This document shows, one piece after another, positions 1 through 12,044 of a stretch of 64,000 nt of DNA (position 1 is the stretch's first letter; each line of letters starts with the position of its first letter). The notes below the pieces were generated by a model. The model did no database searches and was not told where the DNA came from. It worked only from the letters and a program-made list of their open reading frames with translations. A program made the position numbers and the translations under genes. The stretch lies in the NCBI RefSeq assembly GCF_036971445.1, contig NC_091476.1:139314001-139378000 (forward strand), given 5' to 3'. The stretch comes from Narcine bancroftii. Lineage: Eukaryota.

Positions 1-1734
1 GTGGACACAGAAATGAAGTTCTTCATCAAATATTACTAGGACTGGGCATTTTAAGAATTATGGGCAATATGTTAATGCCTGAATCCCCAAATGCCCATTA
101 ACAATTGAAAGGAAGATTTATGTTAAACATGCAACCTTTTGTAGAACAAAGAACAAGTATGCTCTTATGGAAATGAAAGAGACAAGTTACGGCAGACTAA
201 AATAATGGTTGGACAAGACTTGATTAGGACAATATTTGCATGGTAACAGAAAAGGAATAAGGCCTCGGGGTCTGTTGCGCTATTCATTCTGATCATGGCT
301 GGTATGTACTTCAAATCAATCAACTTTCCTTTACACCTTTGCAACCAAAATTTATTGATCTTGAGTATGTAAATTCCAATTGACCCAATATATACAAGCA
401 TTTTGAATGTGAATTGCATCGAGAGATCCACATTTCCACCATCCTGGAAATTTCTAGCAATCACTGCTGATGGCTGAACTACAATTTTAAAGTGTGTCAA
501 TTCATTCTGGACGCTTTGTCTGTATCTACTCGGATATCCTCCTTCACCATTTTAGCATTTCAGTAAGCTCAATCTTGTCAGCAGTACAAATCGAGTTTAT
601 GCAAACTCTGCATGTAATTTAATCCTTCAACCCAGCACTATTCAAGTCAATCTACAATGACCAAATCTGACCTGAAGCAGTGTACTAAACCATACCTGAA
701 TACCGAACTTAAGAATGGACTTTCATCGTAACTAAATATAGTTAGAAGACATGCTAGTTTTAAATTGCAAAGAAGTAGGTGGGCAGGAGAAAATAAATGG
801 GACAATTGTGATAGGCTAGAGATCAAAAGAACCCATGATGCAAATGGTAGTTCTGCTGACTAAGGCAATTTAATTGGAAATAATTGGTCTGGAGTATATT
901 TAAAGTGGGCAGAGAAGAAAAATTAACAGAAGTGCTTGATCAGTGAGATACAGAACACTGGAGCTTCTGAAATACAAAATAAAACAAAAGGCTGACCTTG
1001 CAACTTAGGCTGCATCCGTGAAAAGAGGAAATTAATGTTACAGGATGATGATTTTTCATCAGAACTAGCCCTTCTAACACCAACCAAAAAAATTATCCAG
1101 AATTGTTGTACTCATTGATGCGTTCTGATGGCTGTAATGTATGTAGACAAAACAGCCAAAGAAAAAAATCAGGCATTGTTCCTCCAGTTCTGACTTTTGC
1201 AACGAGAGTCATCAGGACTCCGCACCAAATCCAATAATTTCAGATAACTAGCCTTTACAGTTCTTTCTCTCCTCTATACTTGTACATGTCCTTCGATTTA
1301 CATCTCCAGGTAGAACATTTCCAACAAACAAGCCTTCACAACTCCCTCTCAGCCAACAGAACTAACAGACTCTCCATATCTCTATCTTGTCACAATCATT
1401 CCTTTTGTTCTTCACACTGATCCATCTTTTATTTGTTTCTGAACTTGTTACGATGATGTCAAAGACCAGAAAAGTTCACTTGCCTGACTTACTGGGCATC
1501 TCCAAGGATGCAAAGCAAATATTGAAATGTTACATTATTTACTCTGTAATAATATGAAAGGATGGGAAGATAGGGTAGAGGATGGGAAAAGGGATGTAAA
1601 AAAAAGTTACCATATCTTTCAAATGGTAAAGAAGAATAGGTCATAAAATCTTGCTCTTCATTACAAATATAAGAACAAATGTGTGATTTTTGAGCTCAAG
1701 CAGAAGGAAAATCATTGTTAGAAGATTCTAACCA

Positions 1735-2430
1735 AACAGGATTCTATTCTCATTTGAGAAACACAAAAGCTGTAAATGCTGGAATCTTGAACAGACAAAG
1801 AATTGCTGGAGGTTGGACCATCGGCAAAGTGGTCACCCAATCATTCTTCAACATAATCTACTGCATTCAGTCTTCACGATCTGGCCTCCTCTACATCAGG
1901 GTGACCAAATGCAGACTGGGTGATTGCTTTGCTGAACACCAATGTATTTTTCTGGGTCTCAATTTGAGCTTTCTGCAGACAACCATTTTATCCCTCCCCC
2001 CAATAATTCCCACAGTGACATGTTTGCCCTCGGCCTCATGCAATCCAGAGCAAAATGTAAACTTGAGGAATGACACATTTAATATTCATCCTTGATAGCC
2101 TTGAACCTAATGGCATGAACACTTTATTTTTCATTTTATGTAACACCTATCCCCTTCTGATTCCACTGCTTCTATCTCTCCTATTCATAGATTTTTCCCC
2201 CCTCTCTCTCACACAAAGGACCCCCACCCAATGTTTTTACTTCTACCCTTCTCTTTACTTCCCATGCCTTCTGCCCTATATTCTATACCTCTGGACCCCT
2301 CCCCCAGCTTCTTTTCCCCCCTTTATATATGTAATTTTACCTATTTTATCTTAACCTTGATGGGGTTCAGGCCCAAAATGATGACTGACCATTTCTATCC
2401 ATGGATGATATCTGAACTGCTGAGTTTTTC
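1735..2430 (+). mobile_element. Penelope-like retroelement fragment (GIY-YIG end plus pseudo-LTR), decayed
   Basis: ORF 1715-2095 contains NIIYCIQSSRSGLLYIRVTKCRLGDCFAEH, a degenerate Penelope GIY-YIG motif (VIYCI..C..CGLLYIGETKRRL..RF.EH). A pyrimidine-rich tract and a pseudo-LTR-like motif (cttgatggggttcaggcccaaaa) follow. Boundaries are approximate. Confidence 0.75.
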
Positions 2431-2748
2431 CATTCTTTGTCTTTCTATTCGCATTTGTCTATTGATCAGTCTTGTACTTAGATAGACTTAGCACTTTGGG
2501 GACAAGTAGCAATCAAGTTGCATTTCAGCCAAGGTTAGGACTGTTCGTGCTTCATCACTTAGATGTCAGTAGCATCCTCATCAGATGTACACACTTAATC
2601 ACTATTTCATTTCTTGCTTGCTTAGTGTATCTCTAATGCCTTCGAATGATTCAACTCAAGTTGTTGAAACTGAAGTTTTAAAATATCATATGCATCATTA
2701 TATCTTAATGATATATCACAAACAGTAAAAAATATTCTGCCATCTTAC

Positions 2749-2860
2749 CAAGGTTTCCACTCCTGGGGCAAAGGTGCCACTATGCCTTCCCTGGCTAACC
2801 ACATCAACTCTGGTTCATTTTCAGGATTAATTCCTATCTCGCGAGCGTATTCTTGGATTT
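2749..2860 (-). CDS. CEP164: CEP164 second coding exon (112 bp), leading into the WW domain
   Basis: Translates to (E)[36 protein letters not shown](C), matching the vertebrate CEP164 N-terminus. The AG acceptor with pyrimidine tract is at 2861-2862 and the GTAAG donor at 2744-2748. Phase agrees with the upstream exon (G|AA = Glu). Confidence 0.95.
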
Positions 2861-4788
2861 CTGGGGGGAAAAAAAGTTGCATATAGAAGCTTAAATTTTG
2901 TGTAAAAACATAGGAGCAGCACACAATACACAAGTGTATACTACTTACTCCAATATGATTACATTCCAAAGGGCCACAATGGCAATTAAAGTCCCCAGAT
3001 GAACAAATCATAATGTGCTGGTCTCCAGTTTACACATGATATGAACCAAATAGATAGTTGATACAGATTTTCCTTCTTTTTTTCATTATTTAGTCATCCC
3101 AGGCTTCAACCAGTTATGCTCCATTGTTTTTCAACAAGTGTCAGAGTGAAAATTAAAACTATTTCTGAGTGCCACTCGCAAAACATGAAGGTTCACTGAG
3201 TCCAATAGTACAACACCAACTTGCTCCAGTTTCACAGCAGTTCTGATGGGAAATCTGGGCATTGAACCAGTGCAGGTTCTGCTGCTCCAATTAATTCATT
3301 GGACAGCAACGCTCCAAAAAGGTCATTGACATGTTGAGTTTAATTGACCAAAATGTTTTTAAATTGTTTTATTGCATTTTCTCTGGTTTCAAATGTTTTA
3401 GGCTTTTATTGTCTTTAATATTTTTCTATATTCATGAATATTTGAGACAATTGTAGATATTCAAAAGGCTGGGGCATGGTTTAACTACTATCAAAACAGC
3501 TATTTGGGCATGTTGTCAATTTTCTTCCATATAGTTCCCTATTTTAACCTATTATAATAATTCAGACATCAGCGGTTAAAATGGGAAAAGCGTGCATTAA
3601 TAATGTGATCAGAAGTGTCACTTGTTTCTTAAACATCCATGATATTGAAAACACTTCAACTCCATCGAGAGACAATCCCAAAGACAGATTGAAACTGGTT
3701 TGTGTCAATTACTTGACAACAAAAATTCATTGAATTGTTAATTAGTCGGTTGTCTTAGGATATTCAAGTACATTGTAATTGATTTACTGCTTTTTTGTTT
3801 TTCTGATAAAACTCAATGAAAATAATTTTAAAAGAAAGGATATTCGAGTCAAAGGAAAAATAGACTTGTTTAAAAAAATATTTGAATGATGTACCTACAA
3901 AGTTAGGATTCTCCCATTTCTTTAGAAAATGAAGAGGATGGCAGAATTCTTGCCATCAGTGAAGTTGGGCAGAGGAAGATTCTTACTGTTTACTGAGGCA
4001 GTTTGGTTATTTTACACCACTGCTTTATATTCACAATAAATTCTGAGCCAAATGAACTCACATGTAATATTCAGATGTGGGTATCACTGAAAATGAAAGT
4101 TCGGCCCATACTTTGTTCCAATGAAAAACTTCCATTTGAGGAAGGGAATTAATGCATCACACAAGAGTCATACTGTGAACCATAGGAAAGCATGTATTTT
4201 TCAAAGAAAACAAAGCAGCAAACACTCTCCACTAGAACTTCCAACAATCATCAATCAGCATCGACTTTCACAGCAAGATTTATCCATCGACATTACTAAT
4301 AATATCATTCCTGCACAGAAGAAAACTCAAAACCTATTGCCTGCTGTGGAAATTCACAGCTTCAGTGTCTTATTAGATTGCTACACAAAACAGAAAAATA
4401 TTAATTTTGTGTGAAAACAGAAATAAAATGGGTGGAGCAAATAAACTTCAAACTATAACTCAACTATTTTGTTTGCTTCTTGATTGACCAAAACCAACTC
4501 GAACCTCTTTCATGGTGTCCCACCCCTATTCTCACTGATAAGTCATCAATTAATCTAAGCCAGGATAAGCACTGAAACATCATCCTCAAGCCAAAATATA
4601 GAATACAAAATTGAAATCTTTGAATTGTTTGCATGGAGACCAAAATTAAATGTTCGCTGTGGTGGATTTTCCTAGCTTGTGATCAGATGTCCTGCAAACA
4701 CTGGAGATCACCATCTGTATCCAATATTCCCCAACCAGCGTCAGTGCCTATCAGAGTCGTAGAAAGGTACAGCAAGCAAATAGATGGA

Positions 4789-5780
4789 GATTTATTGTCA
4801 GAGTACATACATGACATTACATACAACCCTGAGATTCCTAATTAGTAATGGGCGAAAATGAATTATACACAGCATAAACAAATCACAGAACCAAACAGGT
4901 AACAAATGTAAACAAAATTGACTGTGTAATACAGAGAGAACAAAAGAAAAATCAATAAAGTGCATAAGAGTCCTTAAATGAATCTCTGAGTTTGTCATTG
5001 AGGATTCAGAAGGTAGAGGGGTGGCAGCTGTTCCTCAACTTGGTGCTGTGTGTCTTGAGGCACCTAGATCTCATTCCTGATGGGAGCAGCGAGAACAGAG
5101 CTTGTGCTAGGTGGTGTGGGTTTTTTGACGATTGCTGCTGCTGTCCTCCAATGGCAGCGTTTCCTGTAGAAGTACTCAATACTGGGGAGGGATTTGCCTG
5201 TGATATCCTGAGGTGTATTCACTACCTTTTGGAAGCCTTTACACTCAGAGGTATTGGTGTTCCCATACCAGCCCATGATGCAGCTGGTCAGTACACTTTC
5301 TACCACACCTCTAGAAATTTGCCAGGGTTTCTGGTGTCATACCAAACCTCCACAAACTCCCATAAAAGTAGAGGTGCTAACGTACTTTCTTCACAATGCC
5401 ATTGGTGTGTTGGGTCCAGGAAAATCCTCTGAGATAGTGACTCCCAAGAAGTTAAATTTGCTCATCCTCTCCACCAATGATCCCCCAGTGATCACTGGAT
5501 TATACGCCTCTGGTTTTCCTTCCCTGAAGTCAATAATCAGCTCCTTAGTTTTGGTGACATTGAGTGCAAGGTTGTTGCCCCATTCAGCCAAGTTATACAA
5601 CCCACTACCGTGGTATCGTCAGCAAATTTGTAGATGGTGTTATTGTCGTACCAAGCTACACAGTCATAGGTGTAAAATAAGTAGAGCAGTGGGCTAAGAA
5701 CACATCCATTTGGTGCTCCAGTACTGATGGAGATTGTGGACGAAAAGCTTTTAGCAATTTTCACTGATTGTAGTCTGGAA
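4789..5780 (-). mobile_element. Rex/Babar-type LINE 3' fragment (RT end and C-terminal region), frameshifted
   Basis: ORFs 5537-5764 (GAPNGCVLSPLLYLFYTYDC...KFADDTTVVG), 5391-5600 (LALNVTKTKELIIDFR...FLGVTISED) and 5064-5306 (ESVLTSCIMGWYG). Confidence 0.85.
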
Positions 5781-8700
5781 ATAGGTCCTTGCTAACCATC
5801 AACTACTCGCTTCCTACATTAATCACATTTTTTGTTAAATTAATTATCATTATTTCCATAAAAGATTGAAGACATGTCTGGCTACTTACAGTACCATGGA
5901 TAAGGCAGTTCACAAATCTTCATTACTTGAGCAATACTGCCCTCTACCTGCATTGAATCCTGTCTATAAAATGTTGGATTGCTGGGAACACATTTATAGT
6001 TACAACAGCCAAGGTTTAAACATAAACCTTTGTTAACAAATGCACAATATTTTGTGTGAGAACATTGACAGCAAGCAAGGTCTACCCTACAATGGACAGA
6101 TGGTTTTGACAACAGTAACTACACTTCAAAAGATCTTTAATTTAGTATGGTGCTGTGTAACGCTCTAAAGGCATGCAAAACACAGCAAAAACTACAATTG
6201 TTACTGTTTCTGTTAAAATAAAGTGATTACTGAGGACAATAAGGTACTCACTGCACATTCTGAAGGAGGAAGAAATCAATTTATAACAGGGGCTCGTATA
6301 TAGCTTTGAAAATACTAAAAATAATTATTGCTAATGAATAATTTTTTGAACCAATTTCATATCTTTACAGCATGCCAAAGGACTTCATAGCCAATGGATT
6401 ATTACTTACATGGAATCTCTATTTATTTCCACTAGTGCACCAAACATTATCCCGTGGCTTCTCTAAATTTTATAGAAACGTCAATGTGGATTTTGTTTGA
6501 GAACCTTCTTCAATGGAAAGTGGCATAAAGTCAACCTGGCATTTTAAAAGTCTGTATTTTTAAAATGTGGCAGTACAGAAAAAGTGAAGAATCAGTTTTA
6601 GAAAAGATTGGGTTACTGATTTGCTGGAGTGATCATTAAATGTTCATTTGTATAAATATAGCACCACAAACACGAATAGTGTAATGTAAGTGCATCTTGA
6701 TATATAATGCAGCAGGAATTCCAAGTTACCGAAGAACAATTCTAAGTTACCCAAGAAAAATATATTTAAATCTGTTAAAGATAATTTCAGCCAGGCTTTC
6801 ATCAATTTGTTACTGAAAACATCCCCATAATAATAGAGAAACCTTTTCCCCCAAAGGTCTAAATTGAAAGTCTTGCCCGATTGCTGCAGGACTTTGTAGG
6901 GGGCTTCATAAGGGTGCTGTAGGAGCACTGTGTGCGAACCTCGGAGGACGAAAACGTATTAGGCTGCGTTCAGTTCCTTAGGCAGGCAGGACAGTCAACC
7001 ACCGTGGTGGGTCAGAGGTGAGGGCGCTAGCGAGGCGCGCTTACTCCGAAGGTCTGCCAATAAGGTTGGATTGTCAGCTGCCGAGCCAGTGTCTGGGCTA
7101 AAAAAAACTCAACGGTTAGCGACAATGGCGCGCCGTAAACCAACTCCACGGATGACACCTGCAATTCCTCCTTTGGGGCCATCGTGAATTGGGCACCTCT
7201 GTCGCTGGTAATGTGTGGCGGAACTCTGAACCTGGCGATCCAGTGACCAAGTTCCTGGTGCACGTCTGGGTAGTAGTGTCTTTCAGCGGAATGGCTTCCG
7301 GCCACCTTGTCACTCAGTCAACCACCGTCAACAAGTAGCGGATGTCCCTGGACACCAGCAGGGAGCCCACAATGTCAATGTGTATATGTTGGAATCTCTT
7401 AGCGGCAGAGTCGATCCATCGTATCTGGGCTTTTGTGTGACGGTGGACGAGGTCTGGCACTCACCATTTGGGCTATTGTTTTTTGAGTCCATGCCACACA
7501 AAATGCTCTGCCACCATCCGAACCTATGTCTTGATTGAGGGGTGGGCCAAGTTGTGGACCAGGCTGAAAGCCCATGACCTCAACTGCAGCGAGACTACAG
7601 GGCACGGCGAGCTGGTGGAAACATCACAGAGCAGCGTGTCTGGGCTACCTGGCAACTGGAGGACCCGAAGTTGGTGTCCTGTAATGGCGGTGTGGAGGGC
7701 CTGTGTTTCCGTGTCCTACTTCTGTACCTGCGCTAACTGGTTGTAGTTCAGGCTGGGGGCAAGGCTGTGGATGGCAGGCCGCAAAAGTGCATCTGCCACA
7801 ACATTGTCTTTACCTGCCCGGTTCCGGATGTCAGTAGTGAATTTCGACACATAGGATAGGTGCCGCTACTGGCGAGCCAACCAGGGGTCTTTTGCCATTG
7901 CGAGGGCTTGTGTTAGCGGCTTATGGTCGGTGAACACGGTGAATGGTCTGCCCTTCAGGAAGTATCGGAAATGTCTGATGGCCAGGTATAGGGCCAGAAG
8001 CTCCCTGTCAAAGGCACTGTACTTTAGTTCCGGAGGATGGAGGTGCCGGCTGAAAAAGGCTAGCAGGCGCCACTGGCCGTTGACCCATTGCTCCAGAATG
8101 CCCCCAACGGCCGTGGCCGACGCGTCCACTGAGCACACGGTATGAACATCTGGCCAGGGGTTTGCTAATGGAGTGGCACTCGCCAGAGCGTCTTTCGTTG
8201 CAGCGAAACCGGCCTCCGCTTCTTCCGGCCATACCGGGACTTTGTCCTTCGCATCAATCAGTGCAAATAACAGCCGCATAATGCGGGCCGCCCCGTGGAT
8301 GAACCAGTGGTAGAAGTTCACCATGCCGATGAACTCCTGTAGGCCCTTGAGAGTGATGGGCTTCACGAACTGGCACACAGCTGCAAGCTTCTCCGGTGCC
8401 GGAACAGCTCTGGCCACCAAGATGATATGGCCCACGAACTGCAGGGACTGCCTGCCCAACTGGCACTTAGCTATGTTGACCATAAGGATGAACTCTGCCA
8501 GATGGGTGAACATTGCATGGAGATGGACCCTGTGCTTGTCGCGGTCTCAACTGGCGATGAGGATGTTGCCGAGTTAGATGATCACAAAGTCCAAGTCTCT
8601 GGCCTGCGTCAATCAGGCACTGGAAAGTTTAGGCCACATTCTTTAACCCGAAGGGCATCCACAAGAATTCAAAAAGGCTGAACGGGGTGACGATTGCAGT

Positions 8701-10235
8701 CTTGCCGATGTCATCAGGGTGGACCGGGATTTAATGGCAGCCCCACACCAGGTCGATCTTTGAGAACACTTGGGCGCGTGCAAGTTCACCGAGAAGTCTT
8801 GAATATGCGGGATGGGATATTGGTCTAGCGTGGTCACATTGTTAGAGTGACAGTAGTCCCCACAAGGACTCCAACCCCCTGAAGTCTTGGGAACCATGTG
8901 GAGGGGGAGGCCCAGGAGCTGTCGGATCTACGGATGATTCCCAGTTCCTGCAGTTAGGAGAATTCTTCTTTGGCCAGTCGCAGCTTTTCTGGGGATAATT
9001 GCCTGGCTTTGGAGTGAAGCGGGGGCCCTGGGTTGCGATATGATGGTAGACTCCATGTTGAGGAATGGCGGCGGTGAACTGTGGATGCAGGATGGAGGGG
9101 AACTCATCAAGGATACTTGTGTATTTGTCCTTTGGGGGCGTTGATGGTGGCTATCCCCGGGTTGCTCGCGTCTGTGGCATCCAGGCAGACGGATTGAAAG
9201 GTGTGGGCGTTAACTAACCGCTTGCCCTTAACATCAACTAACAGGCTGTGCGCCTGGAGGAAGTCCACCCCCAACAGCACCGTGCCCACTGAGGCCAGCA
9301 CAAACTTCCAGCGGAACCTGTCCTTTCCAATCTGGATCTGCGTTCTGCGAGTTCCGAAGGTCCTGATGGCAGATTTGTTGGCTGCCTGCAGGGTAGGATC
9401 CTGTGCTCGGGTGCGGGTCTTGAAGGCTGTCGGGGGGAGCACACTCAGCTCCACCTCAGTATCTACTAGGAACCGTTGGCCAGTGGACTTGTCGGTAACG
9501 TGCAGGAGGCTGTTCACGTGGCCAGCCACCACAGCCATTAACGGCAGCTGGTCAAGTAGTTTCCCTGAAAGGTACAGGGCTTCTGGCACTTGCAGGCTTG
9601 AGACCCCCAGCGCTGATGATAGAAACACCAGGTGGGATGGTGCTCCTCCGGCTTGTGCTTGGGGAGTGCTTGCAGCTGACTGGGCCCTGGGCGGGTGACC
9701 TGGCTGAGGGCAGCTTCATTCTCCCGCTTGGTCCGCCAGAGGACTTCTACGTGGGCCGCCACTCGCCGTGGGTCGGAGGAGTCTTTGTCCACCAGCAGGA
9801 GCTGTATGTCCTCTGCTCGAGGAAGATTTGCCGGAACAGAAAACGCGGTTTGTGATTCTCTTCTAATGCTAGCATCTCGTTTATCAGGGCAGATGGGGTT
9901 CTGTCTCCCAAACCATCGAGATGTAGGAGGCTGGAGGCGTGCTGTTGCTGGGAGAGGCCGAAGGTTCCAAGGAGGAGATTCTTGAGGGCGAGATATTTAC
10001 CAAGCTCCGGTGGGTTGTGGATGAGGTCACCCACCCTGGCCGCAGTCTCTTCATCGAGTACACTCATGATGTGATAAAACATCATGACGTCTGATGAAAT
10101 GAGTCTGAGGCGAAACTGCATTTCCGCCTGGCCGAACCACGTACGTGGGCAATGTGTCCAGATGGGGGGAAATTTCACCACGACTGCGTTGATCTCTGAG
10201 GGATCCATAGTGAGAGGCCAGAAAAACGTCTGGAC

Positions 10236-10250
10236 TCGTCGGGGTCACCA
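10236..10250 (-). promoter_or_regulatory. Primer-binding site complementary to the tRNA-Trp 3' end
   Basis: Minus strand reads TGGTGACCCCGACG starting 1 nt after the LTR end. This is complementary to the tRNA-Trp 3' end (...CGUCGGGGUCACCA). Confidence 0.85.
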
Positions 10251-10251
10251 A

Positions 10252-10489
10252 TGTAGCAGCAGCTATGAGGAAAGAGACTCTCAATCACCATGTTGGGGGT
10301 TTCAACAATAGCTTTATTCAAAATCCGTGCGTGCCCCTTTAAGGGTAGTGGGCGGTGATGTCATCATGCTGCCTGAGGTGCATGCTCAGTTCAAACCATG
10401 AGGTTTGAACTCGCCATGTACTCGCAGCTGTCCTGCCAGTGCAGCAGTACAAGCGAGGCTGGTTCGCTACGAGAGTGTGCACCACCACA
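10252..10489 (-). repeat. 5' LTR of the CsRn1-like Gypsy (238 bp)
   Basis: TG...CA termini (TGTGG.../...CTACA on minus), an AATAAA on minus (ctttattc near 10312-10319 on plus) and the PBS directly adjacent. Confidence 0.8.
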
Positions 10490-11243
10490 GATTTATGAAG
10501 TTCACCAAGCTTTGGTGCTTGAAAGGTAAATGGTTACCATTCAGGAAGATTCTTGTCGGTTTATAGAGAGAGATTTGTTATTTGCTGGACTCCCACAACT
10601 GATTCCTTTTAATCAACTACTTCAGTGTCTTGCTGAAGAAACTTGCCCCATCAGGGTTTTCCAGATGATAACCTCTCTTTCAGGTCACCACAAAGTTCCT
10701 TTTTGTTTCTCTTATTTCAAGTGAAACATTAATTTCAAGTGAAACATTAGTCAGCCAATCCTCTCCTCATGTATGAGCCACAAGGGTTTTGACCATGTTG
10801 AACGAAGTACTCACAACCAGTCTTTTAAATGGGGTTTTCCACAAGCTTGTCAGCTTGTCCTGTTCCAGTCCCAGCTGTTGCTGCTGACTGTAAAACTCAA
10901 GAACTGATCTCTCTCTCTCTCTGAGAAAAACCTGTTTGACTCCCTCTCTGCTTGCAAAACCATATGACCCTTAGAACAGCAAGAAGCACTCCCAGACAGC
11001 TTGTGGCTCCAAACCTACTCCTCGGAGTTCTTTCATCTGTTGCTTTTCAGAACAACAATCCATTAGTGAAGTCCCTTGGGCACTCTTCAAAGATTTTGCA
11101 AAGCTTCTTGGATCCAGCCTGTCTAGCTTGAACAGAGCTCCAGTATTTTAAATGAGATCTGTTACAAAATGTTTGTATGTGACCTGCACTTAAAAATCCT
11201 ACCTCAATTTATCTCCTTTAAAACACTTCTATAATCTGACATA
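10490..11243 (-). mobile_element. Partial copy of a ~1-kb solo-LTR family
   Basis: Colinear with about 17637-18381 and with the reverse complement of about 55641-56390, including the (CT)n tract. Its left part is missing where the Gypsy LTR abuts it. Strand is inferred from the TATA and polyA motifs of the 55641 copy. Confidence 0.8.
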
Positions 11244-11266
11244 CACCTACATTTCTGCAGAATTTA

Positions 11267-11604
11267 CAGTACAACTCCGATTATCCGAAATGGTCAGGAT
11301 AAACTTTTATTTTCAGAGAACCAGTCATTTAAAAAAAAACAGCCAAGTAGCAACAGCAAATCACTTGTTGATTTTTGTTGCTTAAACACTGTTACGAGGC
11401 TTTTTAAGCATTAAAATAATGTTTAATTCCCACCAAAAAAATGATGGCCATCAGCGATCACCAACACCTCCCCACTCATGCCAGGAACCCGAGGTTCCTG
11501 CTGCTGCTGGGAGCCCGATGTGCCCAGTCAGTTCAGTTCTGAAAAAAATTTTGGATAAAGGAGGATTTTGGAGAATCAGATTTTGGATAATAGGAGTGGT
11601 ACTG
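11267..11604. mobile_element. Tc1-mariner (Tigger/pogo-like) MITE
   Basis: TIRs are CAGTACAACTCCGATTATCCGAAA and (reverse complement of right end) CAGTACCACTCCTATTATCCAAAA, with TA on both sides. Confidence 0.85.
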
Positions 11605-12044
11605 TATTGTTTTGGAATAAATTTTCAACTCATTTGATGCTGAAACTATTCCCTCAACTGGCTCACTGCAGATAAGAGGTCTATCCTTGCAATTCCATCT
11701 GAATTTCCTGCTTGACATTCTGGGATGTGATCAATGAAGAGAATATTCCAATGGGCTCTTTGGGATGGAATTTCCTTCAAATTATCCTTCAGTAAGCATG
11801 AAAACATCTACCTAATCAACTATCACAAACTTGTCATCAGAACCATTATATAATTATAGAAGTAATCAATCAGTGCTACTTAAATTTTCTATGTTCCAGA
11901 TTTTTCATCATTACATTCAATATTTTAGCTTTCTCAAGTCCAACGTGCAGATCTTTGAAAATCAATTTACTATTGGGCTGACAGGAGACAGTTAAGCCTG
12001 TGTTGACGACAATAGATTCTCTATCTCTATACTTCAACCAATTA

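Larger units (their letters stand above)
6846..10489 (-). mobile_element. Ty3/Gypsy LTR retrotransposon, CsRn1-like; 5' LTR present, 3' LTR missing, many frameshifts
   Basis: Gag ORFs 9747-10208 and 9538-9792 end in a CX2HX9CX3C motif (CFYHQRWGSQACKCQKPC). Also present: protease-like LVDTEVELS (9107-9628), RT (8643-8897), RNase H VDASATAVGG..YSAFDRELLA..FTDHKPL (7866-8513) and integrase remnants (TRWPEAIPL, ITSDRGAQF, PYEAPYKVL). The order PR-RT-RH-IN is Gypsy-type. Confidence 0.93.

Noticed and set aside
2861-3011. N-terminal part of the 88-aa ORF 2745-3011
   Set aside because: It is intronic read-through. Only 2749-2860 matches CEP164 and has splice sites.
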